Source: an uncultured Gammaproteobacteria bacterium
GTDB lineage: Bacteria; Patescibacteriota; Patescibacteriia; Magasanikbacterales; JBBTQS01
Length of the DNA stretch: 64,000 nucleotides
Direction of reading: 5' to 3'
Assembly (NCBI GenBank): GCA_965230935.1
Contig: OZ246400.1
Coordinates: forward strand, 374,359 to 438,358
A program made the position numbers and the translations under genes. The notes beneath the pieces are model-generated. The model did no database searches. It had not been told where the DNA came from and saw only the letters and a list, made by a program, of their open reading frames with translations. Of the stretch, positions 42,901-51,229 are shown in pieces; within the stretch, counting starts at the first letter, position 1, and the number at the start of each line of letters is the position of its first letter.

Positions 42901-44099
42901 TCTTTCCCGGTCTCATCAGTATTCGGTGTCTGTTGATCGTCAAAACAATGCGCAGGGGCAACTTTCACATTTACAGCATCAGACGTAGTTTGATGATCGT
43001 CAACGTCATAGGCCACTGCGGTCACATCAACAAACGCACCAAGACTCAAACCTGTGGTATTCCAACTATTGGTACTCACCACCTGCGGGAACGGAAGATT
43101 AAAATCAACACTCACCGTATCGATAAGATCAGCGCCAGCATAAAATTCAACCAAACTAACACCAAGGTCATCATTTACTAGTGCATCAACTTGTACACTT
43201 GCCCCCTGAGGAATCTGTCCACCATCATCTGGTTGAGTAATACTTACTGTTGGCGCCTCAAGGTCAAGCTGGTCACCGGTCGTAAATGTGCCGGTACACG
43301 CGCTTCCCAACCCACAAGAAACCAGCTTATCACCAACTGACCGCACCCCCTTCGTTTGCGAACTATTCACTTCAACCGTGTACTTTTGATTCTTATCTAA
43401 ACATCCGGTCGTTGGTTCAGGTGCATCAACACAATCGGCAGTTGGTTTGAGTGTTACCATGCTTCCATTGGTCTCATAATCCACATCTACCAGCGCATGC
43501 TCCCCGGTTTTACGCAAGGTAATACCTCCATCCTCAGCCGTATTTTCTTCAACGTCATCATTAAACACAATATGAACACTCACATTATAGTTTGGCAAGG
43601 CCCCACTTGGTACAATATCTTCCACAATAAAGTTGACAACTGTCCCGTTACCACAATTAGTGATACATCCATTGCTATCACCATCACCATCTAAATCAAA
43701 AATGGTCCCGGTCGCTTCACCAAATTCCTTCAACACAAAATGCGTAATGGAAAACGCGGTCATCACAATCAAAAGTCCGATCCCAGCCTGTAATAAAATC
43801 CTTTTTGCAAGATTAATCCGATCTTCGTTTCCGCCCGCAGTCATCCACATGAAGCCGGCATAAAGCACAATAACCACTCCAATGATCCCCAAAAATCCTA
43901 ATACCACACGTACAATCTTGGCAATCGTCACTTTAAGATCTTGATTCCCCAATCCTGTCTCTTGCTGAAAATCAGCAAGGTCAGTATCGATCTGCGCAAA
44001 TGTAGAAGTTTCGATCCCGAAAAGCGCAAACACCACGACCAAGACTGCTCCGAGAATGAGCATGCGCTTCCACACAATTGTTGAATGCGTTGTGGTCAT
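33927..44099 (-). CDS. giant surface protein (3390 aa): VirB2/TrbC-pilin-like N-terminal domain, Ig-like region, C-terminal Cys-rich repeat region
   Basis: Uninterrupted 10.2 kb ORF. N-terminus has a signal peptide then two hydrophobic helices. About 15 C-terminal repeats of CG[DN]G..E.CDDGN...DGCS..C. Confidence 0.8.
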   Translation of the reverse strand: MTTTHSTIVWKRMLILGAVLVVVFALFGIETSTFAQIDTDLADFQQETGLGNQDLKVTIAKIVRVVLGFLGIIGVVIVLYAGFMWMTAGGNEDRINLAKRILLQAGIGLLIVMTAFSITHFVLKEFGEATGTIFDLDGDGDSNGCITNCGNGTVVNFIVEDIVPSGALPNYNVSVHIVFNDDVEENTAEDGGITLRKTGEHALVDVDYETNGSMVTLKPTADCVDAPEPTTGCLDKNQKYTVEVNSSQTKGVRSVGDKLVSCGLGSACTGTFTTGDQLDLEAPTVSITQPDDGGQIPQGASVQVDALVNDDLGVSLVEFYAGADLIDTVSVDFNLPFPQVVSTNSWNTTGLSLGAFVDVTAVAYDVDDHQTTSDAVNVKVAPAHCFDDQQTPNTDETGKDCSPPGGSCGQCSGSSCEDNSQCASGVCLNLPKPPKTFMEDSVAFDAWNIALGLFIRQNDYSSPAGEGNAVLMQSGDADSKFMDRQFEQKTQGNTFELSLWAKKDPGLDSPNAITLLLSTAPGQNYEFKANTISLTDTWTKYTVTHAFENESDKVRAYIGCNQCEFEDLFAIYGATLKWTAAADPIPEGGQCVNLPIINSVTPESAGQSQWVTILGDYFGSEGSVELLDQSGETVVEIPVSQAQCFAGTSSWTETAIIIEVPGGLTVDQVYPVVVKNVHGADSTTDDRGAYLPNALTITEPDPAIPGLCSVMPNAELPGALVTFYGKNLSVTKSELDVRFSGQSAIIGDGPALSQVSATVPAISVGNFLADVLVQEKQSNPLPFTVLGEGDSPAPTIASLSRGQGPKDQYITISGNNFGYFQNVVKFIKLDAGGAPTDIEVLGNFDFPPMCTAAGVWSEKSIVVKVPETDLGNYHIAVVRNDADNDPDNDVSNSVPFEVVDGLPTPGVCALVPNNGPEGTDVFIHGEGFGDQTGTITYWKDVDAPIVDDNWQEEKLYTPVPTGAATGPVKMTNASDADSNTALFTVQNCNNDADICTDQQTCCNTGSCINNFTFVEGKQVPQTCDNFNVEEAAYAYTFYTGNKTPDTEDFPPVVIEECGGGALPSPTPWENHPGGTSVCSTASIGVKFSIAIDESTISINQGKLGSVQVYECLGASEDSTVACETVEHGQVALQNQFDYDSEIGPDGLQSYLRVYPLANFKSDTWYMVGLSSGISSLSKGLSLVGNGSCAGTALDEDSVYCYAFKTSESGNSCTIGSVQVEPAAYEISNTDQLQSGTGLILNPNVQTVLDADGLEVDVEEPLSWNAYALAKESECFILNSCSDQFTWQWQSDDPQVILPHDLPNPIACKQYVEVTGESQKELNTAGQLVVVPNQLSVVELDSSYDDVSEIMVHYGAPQVLQQCSDNIQSPTPWVGNGGGNDVCVNSVVNMVFSQLMNPATFHNDAVYVQKCTAGGDDPCSEVGPHLPSVYTFFSQDEDHDGVQLRLNAAGVGEVHDGWDTDSWYRVAVTTDLESLSGVAMEPLASCTLGDNESYCFTFKTRVSDQACAVNDVNVTPTDYTADEFGLVEKVINDDGDTAPVDWKANPLAADVCIVLDGNQYSWDWEVSDVDKALLAHPDGGTAGELISVGATQNVVANNQTDPETPAEISATTEERTGSGALHITVAPPAISTVGPTCSTACSNVAITMDFSTNVNLKDITTDSTIGAHVLVVPCANESCLIEVGADGLATPGTLLNAEPVSVDLSEQDDAIFGNRLKLQHAGVLAPATWYRVLLRVGELGIQGQSGVGIPVTSLNQDQLYPSGAANAQYFSWKFRTKTSGASCDIVNATLEPESVLVPHVGIVKKYTAHAFGSPDDCSPSTGQELQASSYNWNWSIGNTKVAELLKDQDGTLFDLAVVDNSLYCTPSCLGKGSQPVGTPVCGDGLLVEGVESCDDGNIFDGDGCSSSCLWEGNTEGIGSVCGDGNTTYGEACDGEEGCNNVLCLWLGAASPFSECGNGDIGVGEECDGGVSCEQCLLTGSAPGYDACESAKLIDPTFSCVGVTVCGNGEIEPGEDEFCETAAASSSAILQESFATVCTDQCTLVGNTLTENSDGGLYCGDGLVTGSNGEQCDDANSQDGDGCSANCLLEGASLLNGSFCGNGVVEVGELTSCDSTAIMSIEGDSKVDPVQYVYGVDCIGPGCDGLVQDNKRSTSVTADYGTVEAVGSYAIQCGFTHDAQCPDATDWGVGTDTCCHLRPEVVPGSEQPIGSNLCRNVMLSVEFTDQINPDSVLAPGAIQLNIDVDSPEACTDLNGSIVALSTTNPNDPWYRRAWFAVVNTVRGWFSIEPIYAQVTCADTVDFDIQLADIQTSEGGNITTVTKLFLIPKELLSPGVTYYPTITTDVENSIGVGLAADYDWQFDTDESICQIDKVVVEPGSYVFTTSGLLGQANFVAVAQTMLGGQATAITTTNDYAWDWSWELKNDVVAHIVGDAVGDSVSVQPESEKGTDILMANATITVDTLSEVSTTGEVYNGFASLINTACENPWPIPDPALGGVSFPYEESDTHFSTWYCRGNNAPTPPEGATPQEIAALQAQHVLLPSVTVHDVADPDPNVIKSVFFRNPQNNEVIGVRVLSNPEHLSAQDWYSKQGFTGSPTATEVGGYQAITEGKSTYIAAANLTGASYSGFNQRYTNMYVVSHSEDASASTKSIANQMLQNMLFNTNIAIGYNIDRCGYMNPWGVPSGSYFENKICNSPLDCLNDTALMAGGFNENSLTCRSINEQLQRDVIRMADLAHVGQLVEAYKIQHGQPPQLTEGSFIGGQTVSTWASWQDVLGKELGEALPVDPLNAYRTGCGAEGTDDQTCWDEQAQTYQCLAGSKVYTYRRHQVGAPAVYGYRLYAEGELRSPWSWKPSNSLSGAQYMMNPVCTGQPEAPGGICGDGVLNVDEDCEFGTIVGATVLEGGIGASGIQDPKSCSVVDENGVSFQGKYVYECPANCQFYSAVQVASPSFVEDYEIQCQPLGFCGDGIVLAGTEVCDDGPLNGSYNACSADCQTDYGEFGGCADGQIQSQFGEVCDPGIVIQVKAHLTDGSQHYTSVPVEEVQSAMDTLPTVGGGTPKTYQWCLDQSGDTCWTQFQCLPDGTCPLSGLPCVSGCHVLTIYKPTGAQTIYAHDQENSCNWDCQEYGPYCGDSVKQSPQEECDGGDGVIYTGDACTKDGIPGQFVQLCSNECTLLPEKCLVNQSSEPLGASPAVCGNGVHEPNGGEECDNGASNGSVCAAQYGESCTYCSNICKKVTLTGGTCGDGIKQLQEQCDTNDVGTKTCANSTEFPAGIVQCNVDCTLNYDACTYVYCGDGILGGAEECDGDTFPSDVLCSEGGPLCDSSCKIDLSQCGSVCGDGIRQATEECEGFDFGGLDCGDFTFGGGFFGDGDKELYCTNSCTIDDSECHEVI

Positions 44100-44100
44100 A

Positions 44101-46002
44101 TTATGGTGTTAACTCACATGCCGTACCTTGCGGATTCCCATTACAACAATACGGTCCACCATTTCCATTACACGCTGACAAGTTATCATCAGCTGCTGGC
44201 AAGAAACAGTTATATGCTGCATCCATAATGGTTGATGGCAAATATGGTGCATAGACTGCATTTTCGGCCATTGGAGTACCATGATGCAGGTAAAAATCAG
44301 ACCGCGTGTCGTAAAAATCAAACACTGGACTCCCCGCTTCAAGTGCCACATCAACGAATAATTTAGAAAATCCAACACCAAAATCAGCCGGATCAGCCCC
44401 CAACATCACATCTGAAAAACTACTGGTCATCATTGGTTTACTAAAGCCAATCACTGGATCGAGTGTAAGATCAACTTTGGTCTGCTGAATGCTTGGCGCC
44501 AATGATACTACTTGTGGCGGGAGTAAATCTTTATCTCCTGAAGTTAAGAAAGTAAATGAAAAATCGTCAGCTGGCGGGCCTGACGCCACACCATCAACTT
44601 CGCCAGCATTAACCCCTCCACCATCCATTGAGTTACCAACCACATCAACCACACCATGATAGCCTAGTGGTTCAACCAATGGATGATATTTTCCGGTTGG
44701 ATCATCACTTCCGGGATTTTTTAAATCTGCTGCTTTGGTATATACCTGAATCGTGGATTCACCCGGCAAACAGTAGACATCCTTGCCACAGCTATTGGTT
44801 CCGCAGAAATTCTCTGGATCGTCTGCTTGAAATTCGACAGTTCGGTAGCCATTGGTAATACGATACGTTCCTTTGACTGGTGTCACACTCAGCGCATCAG
44901 GATCACCAGTTACCGCGCCAATCACAATATTGTTGAACCCATCAACAACTTTTCCGCTTACTGCGGTTGGATAAATCGCTTCGTTAAACGTAATACTTAC
45001 CGCGATATTCTTAGGCAGCTCTTTCTCTGTAGTCATGTTAGGAAATGTGCTCTCCACAACCGGAGGCGTTACATCAACCACAGTATTAACCATAAACTCC
45101 CAATCATAATCCGGCTCAGTTAAGGTGAAGAGCGATTTGCCATTGGTGTTTTTGATCTCACTGGTCAACGTGACTTGGTAATGCGTATCAACCAAGGATG
45201 AGCCAAGCAGATCAACCGGGGTAAAGATAAAGGTTTTCTTATCTGCCCCCATAACCACATTCACTGCCGTGACCTTGTATTTATCCGGGTCAATCGGATC
45301 TCCGCCTGCGGCCGCTGCGACGTCAGCAGCAATCTCATCATCACTTGGCAAACGCTCAATATCAACTGCTTCGATGCGAAGCTCATCATAGATCATACTA
45401 TCGCCACTTTCCTGAGGGGTGCCGAGTGGTGTGGTCTTACCAGCCGGTGCTTGCATCACTGATGCCGGTTCTACTGGAATCTTGAAGGTCACCATAATTG
45501 GTGTGTTTCGTGGGATATCAACTGCATTACGATCTGGATAATGCGACTCAATAATTGTTCCTAGTGCTGAGCTGTTTCCAAATGAGATACCACCGCTTGC
45601 AGATCCTGAACCTGAATTTCCTTTTCCGATGTCGTTAAAACTCGTAATGACAAATTGCACAATGGTAAATGCGCTCATGATAATGAGTAAGCCAACGCCC
45701 GCATTAATCAAAATCCGCTTTGCTTTGGCTATTTTATCTTCATTTCCATTTGCCGTCATCCAAATAAACCCACCCCACATCACAATAACCGCTGCAATAA
45801 TACCCAAAAATCCGAGCAGAACTCGGACGATTTTTGCGATCGTTACTTTAATATCTTGATTACCTAATCCGGTCTGCTGCTGAAAATCCTGCAAGTCAGT
45901 ATCAATTTGTGCGTGTGCGATTTCCGGTACAACCACCAAAAAACTTGCCACTACTGCAGCACCCAGAGCTCCATACATGATCTGTTGTAATCGTTTAGGC
46001 AT
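44101..46002 (-). CDS. surface protein (633 aa) with paralogous VirB2/TrbC-pilin-like N-terminal domain
   Basis: The first ~110 residues are about 70% identical to the giant protein N-terminus (AQIDTDL.DFQQ.TGLGNQD.KVTIAKIVRV.LGFLGII...). Confidence 0.7.
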   Translation of the reverse strand: MPKRLQQIMYGALGAAVVASFLVVVPEIAHAQIDTDLQDFQQQTGLGNQDIKVTIAKIVRVLLGFLGIIAAVIVMWGGFIWMTANGNEDKIAKAKRILINAGVGLLIIMSAFTIVQFVITSFNDIGKGNSGSGSASGGISFGNSSALGTIIESHYPDRNAVDIPRNTPIMVTFKIPVEPASVMQAPAGKTTPLGTPQESGDSMIYDELRIEAVDIERLPSDDEIAADVAAAAGGDPIDPDKYKVTAVNVVMGADKKTFIFTPVDLLGSSLVDTHYQVTLTSEIKNTNGKSLFTLTEPDYDWEFMVNTVVDVTPPVVESTFPNMTTEKELPKNIAVSITFNEAIYPTAVSGKVVDGFNNIVIGAVTGDPDALSVTPVKGTYRITNGYRTVEFQADDPENFCGTNSCGKDVYCLPGESTIQVYTKAADLKNPGSDDPTGKYHPLVEPLGYHGVVDVVGNSMDGGGVNAGEVDGVASGPPADDFSFTFLTSGDKDLLPPQVVSLAPSIQQTKVDLTLDPVIGFSKPMMTSSFSDVMLGADPADFGVGFSKLFVDVALEAGSPVFDFYDTRSDFYLHHGTPMAENAVYAPYLPSTIMDAAYNCFLPAADDNLSACNGNGGPYCCNGNPQGTACELTP

Positions 46003-46037
46003 GAAACATCCTCAACACAACAGCACTTGAGTGACGG

Positions 46038-46484
46038 TTACGTTCCCAAGGCTTCTTGCAATAATTGACGTACCCGAGAACCATCAGCTTGGCCAGCGAT
46101 CTTTTGCATCACTGAACCCATACAGGTATTGATTGCTGGCGCCTCAGTTTGGTCAATTACTTCTTGTATTATAGCACGAATTTGCTCATCTGACAGCTCC
46201 TCAGGAAGAAAGCTGCTAAGCACTTGCACCTCCGCTCGTGTTTTGGCAACTAGATCCTCTCGCCCGCCTTTTTCAAATTCAACCAGTGCGTCTTTAAGTT
46301 GCTTGGCTTGACTCTTTACTACTTTTTGCACTGCTACTTCGTCCAGCTCCTTGTCCTGCTTGCGCAATTCAATTTCTTGATTTGCAATCGCGGTTTTTAA
46401 CAAACGAAGCACGGATAGATCCGGCTCTTTTTTTTCTCGCATGGCGCTCACCATGGCTGATGTTATAGTGTCTTGAAGTCCCAT
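46038..46484 (-). CDS. GatB/YqeY domain protein
   Basis: Typical GatB/YqeY family pattern (LKTAIANQEIE...LSSFLPEELSDEQIRAII). Confidence 0.75.
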   Translation of the reverse strand: MGLQDTITSAMVSAMREKKEPDLSVLRLLKTAIANQEIELRKQDKELDEVAVQKVVKSQAKQLKDALVEFEKGGREDLVAKTRAEVQVLSSFLPEELSDEQIRAIIQEVIDQTEAPAINTCMGSVMQKIAGQADGSRVRQLLQEALGT

Positions 46485-46568
46485 ATACTCCTCTTAATTT
46501 ACGTATTCAGTATACGCGAGATGCAAAACAAAAACAACCTCTCATGAGGTTGTTTTTGCGCCAAGTAA

Positions 46569-46820
46569 CTATCTGCGTCGGCCGCCACGGCGTTTGCGCA
46601 GATCTTCTTCTTTGATCTTACCGGTTTTAATGCCGTATTCAATCTTACTCGTCTTGTCCAAGCGCAATAACTTTGATGCTTTCAACTTGTTTTTGTTTGG
46701 ATCACGCTTATAAAACTGCTTCTTTTTGACTTGCAACAGCTTACCGCTCATTTTCATGGTGTTGCGAAATCGACGCAAAAGCGCTTCAAAACTTTCATTC
46801 TTTTTTCGTTTGACTTCTAT
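46569..46820 (-). CDS. rpsU: 30S ribosomal protein S21
   Basis: MIEVKRKKNESFEALLRRFRNTMKMSGKLLQVKKKQFYKRD... Confidence 0.8.
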   Translation of the reverse strand: MEVKRKKNESFEALLRRFRNTMKMSGKLLQVKKKQFYKRDPNKNKLKASKLLRLDKTSKIEYGIKTGKIKEEDLRKRRGGRRR

Positions 46821-46850
46821 CATATCAGTCACCTCACTTCCCAAAGATTA

Positions 46851-48206
46851 CTATTTATTTTTTGTTACCTTTTGTTTTTTGACAATCTTCTTGAACTCCT
46901 CAACCACATTGTCATACGGTACCACCTCTTGATTGCCTGATTCCATATCACGTACAATAACTGTATTATCTTGAACCTCTTTTTGTCCAACTAACAATAC
47001 ATGCGAAATACCAAGCTCATTTGCAATTTCAAGCTGCGCTTTAAGTGATCCTTTTCCAAATGCCTCAGCAAGTGTGAACTTTGCCTCGCGCAAGGTATTG
47101 TATAGCGCCAATGCACGACGACGTCCAGATTCACCAAGTTGCGCCACAAAAATCTGCGGTGCACGTGGGCTTTTCATCTTCACTTTCTGCTCTTTCATGG
47201 CAAGGATTGTACGATCAATTCCTGGCGCGACTCCAACACCTGGCGTTGGCTTGCCGCCAATGGTCTCGATTAAAGGATCATACCGCCCACCACCACATAA
47301 CGCGATTTGCGCTTTATCCTCTGCATCAGTAGCGACAAACTCAAATACGGTATTGTTGTAATAATCAAGCCCACGGACAATAAATGGATCTAAGAAATAT
47401 GGAATCTCGAGCTCATCAAGATATTCCAACACTGCCATAAAGTGGTCTTTGGACTCTTTACTCAGCCAATCTAAGATCTGTGGCGCTTCACTGCGCACTT
47501 CGCGACACTGCTCTTCTTTACAATCAAGTAGGCGAAGTGGATTACGCACCAAACGCTTTTGACAATGCTCACACAACTCTTTTTTGCGAGGACGATACCA
47601 TTGCACCAATTCCATCTTATATCGTGTGCGATCCTCAGCCGAACCAATACTATTGATATGCACACGCGTTGAAAGACCAAGTTCTTTAAAGAACAAATAC
47701 GTAATCAAAATAATTTGTGCATCCATGATTGGCGCGTCGCTCCCGATAATTTCGAAGTCTGTTTGCCAAAACTGACGATATCGCCCTGCTTGTGGACGAT
47801 CGTGACGAAATGCTGGCCCCCAAACCCACAACTTTTGTGGTTGTGGACGGTTAAACATGCCGTTGTTAACATACGCACGACAAATCGATGCGGTCCATTC
47901 TGGGCGAAGCGCCAACTTGGTCTTCTCATCCTTATCAAGAAAATTGTACATTTCCTTCTCAACAATATCAGTTGCCTTACCAACGGTACGCACAAAAAGT
48001 TCTTCATGCTCAACAACCGGTGTTTCAATTCGAGAAAAACCAAACTGATCCATGAGCTTTTGCGCCACTTCAAAACACTTTCGCCAATACCGTTCATCTT
48101 CCGGCAAAATATCACGCATACCCCGAACAGTCTTCGGGGTTCTGATTTTCTTTTTCTTTGGCACATCAGCTTTAGCTGATGCCTTTTTGTCAGCTGCTTT
48201 TGGCAT
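46851..48206 (-). CDS. hisS: histidyl-tRNA synthetase
   Basis: VRGMRDILPED...FSRIETPVVE is the class II HisRS signature. Confidence 0.9.
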   Translation of the reverse strand: MPKAADKKASAKADVPKKKKIRTPKTVRGMRDILPEDERYWRKCFEVAQKLMDQFGFSRIETPVVEHEELFVRTVGKATDIVEKEMYNFLDKDEKTKLALRPEWTASICRAYVNNGMFNRPQPQKLWVWGPAFRHDRPQAGRYRQFWQTDFEIIGSDAPIMDAQIILITYLFFKELGLSTRVHINSIGSAEDRTRYKMELVQWYRPRKKELCEHCQKRLVRNPLRLLDCKEEQCREVRSEAPQILDWLSKESKDHFMAVLEYLDELEIPYFLDPFIVRGLDYYNNTVFEFVATDAEDKAQIALCGGGRYDPLIETIGGKPTPGVGVAPGIDRTILAMKEQKVKMKSPRAPQIFVAQLGESGRRRALALYNTLREAKFTLAEAFGKGSLKAQLEIANELGISHVLLVGQKEVQDNTVIVRDMESGNQEVVPYDNVVEEFKKIVKKQKVTKNK

Positions 48207-48208
48207 GA

Positions 48209-48847
48209 TTATAGATTATCGTAGATCGGACGCTCAGGTCGTCCAAATTTATCAATTGGCCAGCCGCGTAACCAGACGCGACCAACAATATCTTTTCGTT
48301 TGATTGAGCCAAACTTTCGTGAGTCAAAACTCACCCCACGGTTATCACCCATCACAAAGTATTCATCTTCACCCATGGTATGTACCAACTCACCTTGGGT
48401 ATAGGTCATGTCAGACAAGTAATCCTCATCAATCACAACTCCCTGCGGATGTTCGGTGTTGTACACAACAACTTTTCCGCCTTGGATTTTTACTTTCTCC
48501 CCTGGCAAACCAATAATGCGTTTCAGGAAAAAGTCGCGAGCATCGCCATTATGGCGAAACACCACCACATCCCCACGCTTCGGTTCACCAAGTCTATAGG
48601 TAATCTCGTCAATGATCAAGTACTCTGATTCTGAAAAACTTGGTTCCATGCTCTGTCCTTTTACGTCAAATGGACGAAACAAGAAATATCGCACCACCAG
48701 GATGATCACTACCACCAAAACAATTATCTTCGCTAATTCAAGAAAGACTACTTTGGCGGCAAAGAGCTTGGATTCAGACTCGTGTTTAGGGTCGTAAAGA
48801 CCGGGATCTTCCATCATAATGGACCAATCTACGCAAAAGTATAGCAC
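48209..48847 (-). CDS. lepB: signal peptidase I
   Basis: Catalytic Ser box GQSMEPS and the GDNRGVSFDSR box. Confidence 0.85.
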   Translation of the reverse strand: MLYFCVDWSIMMEDPGLYDPKHESESKLFAAKVVFLELAKIIVLVVVIILVVRYFLFRPFDVKGQSMEPSFSESEYLIIDEITYRLGEPKRGDVVVFRHNGDARDFFLKRIIGLPGEKVKIQGGKVVVYNTEHPQGVVIDEDYLSDMTYTQGELVHTMGEDEYFVMGDNRGVSFDSRKFGSIKRKDIVGRVWLRGWPIDKFGRPERPIYDNL

Positions 48848-49020
48848 GCGAACCGATAATTGGCAAGAATCAAAGGAAATACGCTAAAAATACATTGACC
48901 GCTCCATTTCTGGGCGGTCAGCGTGTTGTATTTAATTGATTGTTGGCCTCCTTGGCCCTCTTCTCCTTCCTTGGTCTTCTATTTGGTTTTGACCACCGCC
49001 TTCGCAGCGGGCGGCGTGTC

Positions 49021-49389
49021 TCAGCGAATCCGGTCGATGTGCCGTGGCGTCCCACGCCAGTGCATGTCACCACGTCGGCGACGCATGGCGAGGTGACTGG
49101 ACTGCCCCACCTCGAACCCCGTCTGCGCTTGCAGCGACGGCGGTTGGTAGAAATCCACGAGCAGACCGTTATCGTTCACACGAACGCGACGACGGGGAGT
49201 CCGCTGCAGATAATGCAGATGCCGCACGCCCTGGACGGTCTCGCTCGAATCGGCAGCCTCACGTGAGCGACGGCCCCAGACCTGATCTACCAGGACCATC
49301 AGCAGGACCATCGCCAGCATGGCCCAGCGAATCGCCACTCCCATGTTCTCGATCCAGTTGCTTGCCAACGAATAATCGTCGATACCCAT
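49021..49389 (-). CDS. hypothetical small membrane-anchored protein in GC-rich patch
   Basis: 122 aa with one TM helix. The region 48940-49450 is GC-rich with overlapping ORFs on both strands, so the coding strand is uncertain. Confidence 0.25.
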   Translation of the reverse strand: MGIDDYSLASNWIENMGVAIRWAMLAMVLLMVLVDQVWGRRSREAADSSETVQGVRHLHYLQRTPRRRVRVNDNGLLVDFYQPPSLQAQTGFEVGQSSHLAMRRRRGDMHWRGTPRHIDRIR

Positions 49390-49460
49390 GGCACCTCCAA
49401 AGCCTACACCAGCTGCGATCCCTCATCGCTGCGTTGGTAAACCAGACTCCTTTATTACCA

Positions 49461-49490
49461 AAAAAGCCGCTTTTTGTCAAGCGGCTTTCC
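49461..49490 (-). terminator. rho-independent terminator
   Basis: aaagccgctt-tttgtc-aagcggcttt flanked by T/A runs, downstream of the 49505-50428 gene. Confidence 0.55.
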
Positions 49491-49504
49491 TAGATTAAGC
49501 AATT

Positions 49505-50428
49505 TTATGCTACCAAATCAGCAGCAGAGACTTGATCTTTCTGTGGCCCTGGGGCTGTCTTATCTACCTGTCCTGAGAGCTGCAAGTACATATGTGCAGA
49601 AGCGACTACGGTAAGCGGGAACGTGACAAACAACCCTAAGAAAAACGGAATCATGCTTACTAGCATCAATACTTGGGTGAGCATCTGAAAGCTAAACATA
49701 TCAAGCTTAGCTCCTTTGGTTGCTTGCCCACTTGCTTTAAGCGCTTCGATTGGCCCCATCTTTTTATCAACAATGTAAAAGTAAAACAACTGGTACTTGT
49801 ACATCCAAATGATTCCTGGGATCAATACCAGTATAAATCCAACCAAAATGATAAGGGTATACAAGATCATTCCTGCAATCATCTTCAATATCAACGATGC
49901 CCCAGAAAACAAGGTGCCAAATGATACATCTTGACCACGCGCATGTGCGAGTCCAACAGTAAACAAACCGATCATGATCAAAAAGTAGAGGAAAAACAAG
50001 ACAATCGCTACCACGCTTCCTACTGCCATGCCAAGCTGTTGCGTGACCACTGATGCTACGATTTCAAGCGCCACGAAAAATACCAAGATACCAACCCACA
50101 TCCAGAAATGACGTTTTGTTGCCGCCCATCCATTGCGCAACGCTGCTGGAATGGAAAATCCAACGCTGTACCGTGAACTGAGATATAGGCCAAATGGCAA
50201 AAGGATAATACTGATTACCGCCAAGATGCCAAGAAATGCTAATCCCTGACCAACAACCCCACCGATAAGCATAGCAAGTTCACCACCACTTGCAGTACCT
50301 TCTGCCACCACAGTCCCTTGAGAAGCAAGCTGTGTGAAAAAAGTAGTAAGCGCGTACAATGGGAGGATAAATAACATAGCAAATGGCAATGCCATGAACA
50401 CTATCCCAAGATTACGTTTTCCTTTCAT
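49505..50428 (-). CDS. polytopic membrane protein
   Basis: 307 aa with about 7 TM helices. Confidence 0.5.
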   Translation of the reverse strand: MKGKRNLGIVFMALPFAMLFILPLYALTTFFTQLASQGTVVAEGTASGGELAMLIGGVVGQGLAFLGILAVISIILLPFGLYLSSRYSVGFSIPAALRNGWAATKRHFWMWVGILVFFVALEIVASVVTQQLGMAVGSVVAIVLFFLYFLIMIGLFTVGLAHARGQDVSFGTLFSGASLILKMIAGMILYTLIILVGFILVLIPGIIWMYKYQLFYFYIVDKKMGPIEALKASGQATKGAKLDMFSFQMLTQVLMLVSMIPFFLGLFVTFPLTVVASAHMYLQLSGQVDKTAPGPQKDQVSAADLVA

Positions 50429-50641
50429 AAGGATTGATTAAGAATTATGGAGAAATGTACGGAGAGAGTATAGCATAAAAAAGCTCTTTGATTCCAAAGA
50501 TGACAGCAATAAAAACAGAAAACCGCGACGCGTAGCGAAGCGGGTCTCTGGTTGTTGTTGATTGTGAATCAGTGGATTTCCTTAAATCTAGCCCGTAGAT
50601 CCAGTCTCAAAGAAATTCATCGATTGGTTGAGGTGAAACCC

Positions 50642-51217
50642 TTAAGCACCACTCCCGCTGGACTGAGTCGAACTGTCTACTGCCGTCATGCGACAAACTC
50701 GATAGACCTGAACGACTGCTGAAGGATCCGTTCTTGGAGATTGCCAATAAGGCAAGTACACCAGTCTCAACCCCTCAGGCAAGGCCAGATTGACGATGTC
50801 CCGGAGCGCGCCAATCAGATCCCGTGCGTGCCCTTCACTCATACCAAAAGGGCACAATGTCGAGACGAGCAGGTTATCGGTACCTCTCCAAAGCTGACGA
50901 GCTCCAAAGGGCCGGTCATGCCCGTGTGCATCAGCCTCCCAAGCCTCAGGTCGGTATCCATTGTCATTGACCTCCTCCCCCTCACCCAGGAGCAGTCGAA
51001 TTCGCTCGACTGGGACCTGCGGGAGAGCCCAGAACTGCTTATGGGGCTCGATGAGGGTCTCGGTGTAAGTTGCTGAAAACATTATACTTCCTGCTGCGCC
51101 GATCGTCCACAGCACGTCGGCCAGCTCTACAAGAAGCTGCTCGCGGCGAGTTGCGGAGTCGAGACCGTAGAACCTCTTATTGAGATTCACATTGACGACG
51201 CCATTCGCGAGCATCAC
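50642..51217 (-). CDS. hypothetical protein, GC-rich
   Basis: Start trimmed to MLANGV. The longer ORF overlaps the recombinase gene. Confidence 0.3.
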   Translation of the reverse strand: MMLANGVVNVNLNKRFYGLDSATRREQLLVELADVLWTIGAAGSIMFSATYTETLIEPHKQFWALPQVPVERIRLLLGEGEEVNDNGYRPEAWEADAHGHDRPFGARQLWRGTDNLLVSTLCPFGMSEGHARDLIGALRDIVNLALPEGLRLVYLPYWQSPRTDPSAVVQVYRVCRMTAVDSSTQSSGSGA

Positions 51218-51229
51218 AGCGCTTTCGCC

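Noticed and set aside
34021-43863. About 40 short + strand ORFs (60-148 aa) listed inside the giant-protein gene
   Set aside because: All lie antisense within one uninterrupted 10.2 kb minus-strand ORF with coherent domain repeats. They are low-complexity translations with no signals, so almost certainly spurious.
49044-49493. 149-aa + strand ORF in the GC-rich patch
   Set aside because: Pro/Arg/Ser-rich low-complexity translation opposite a slightly more plausible TM-containing minus-strand ORF. Both are weak.
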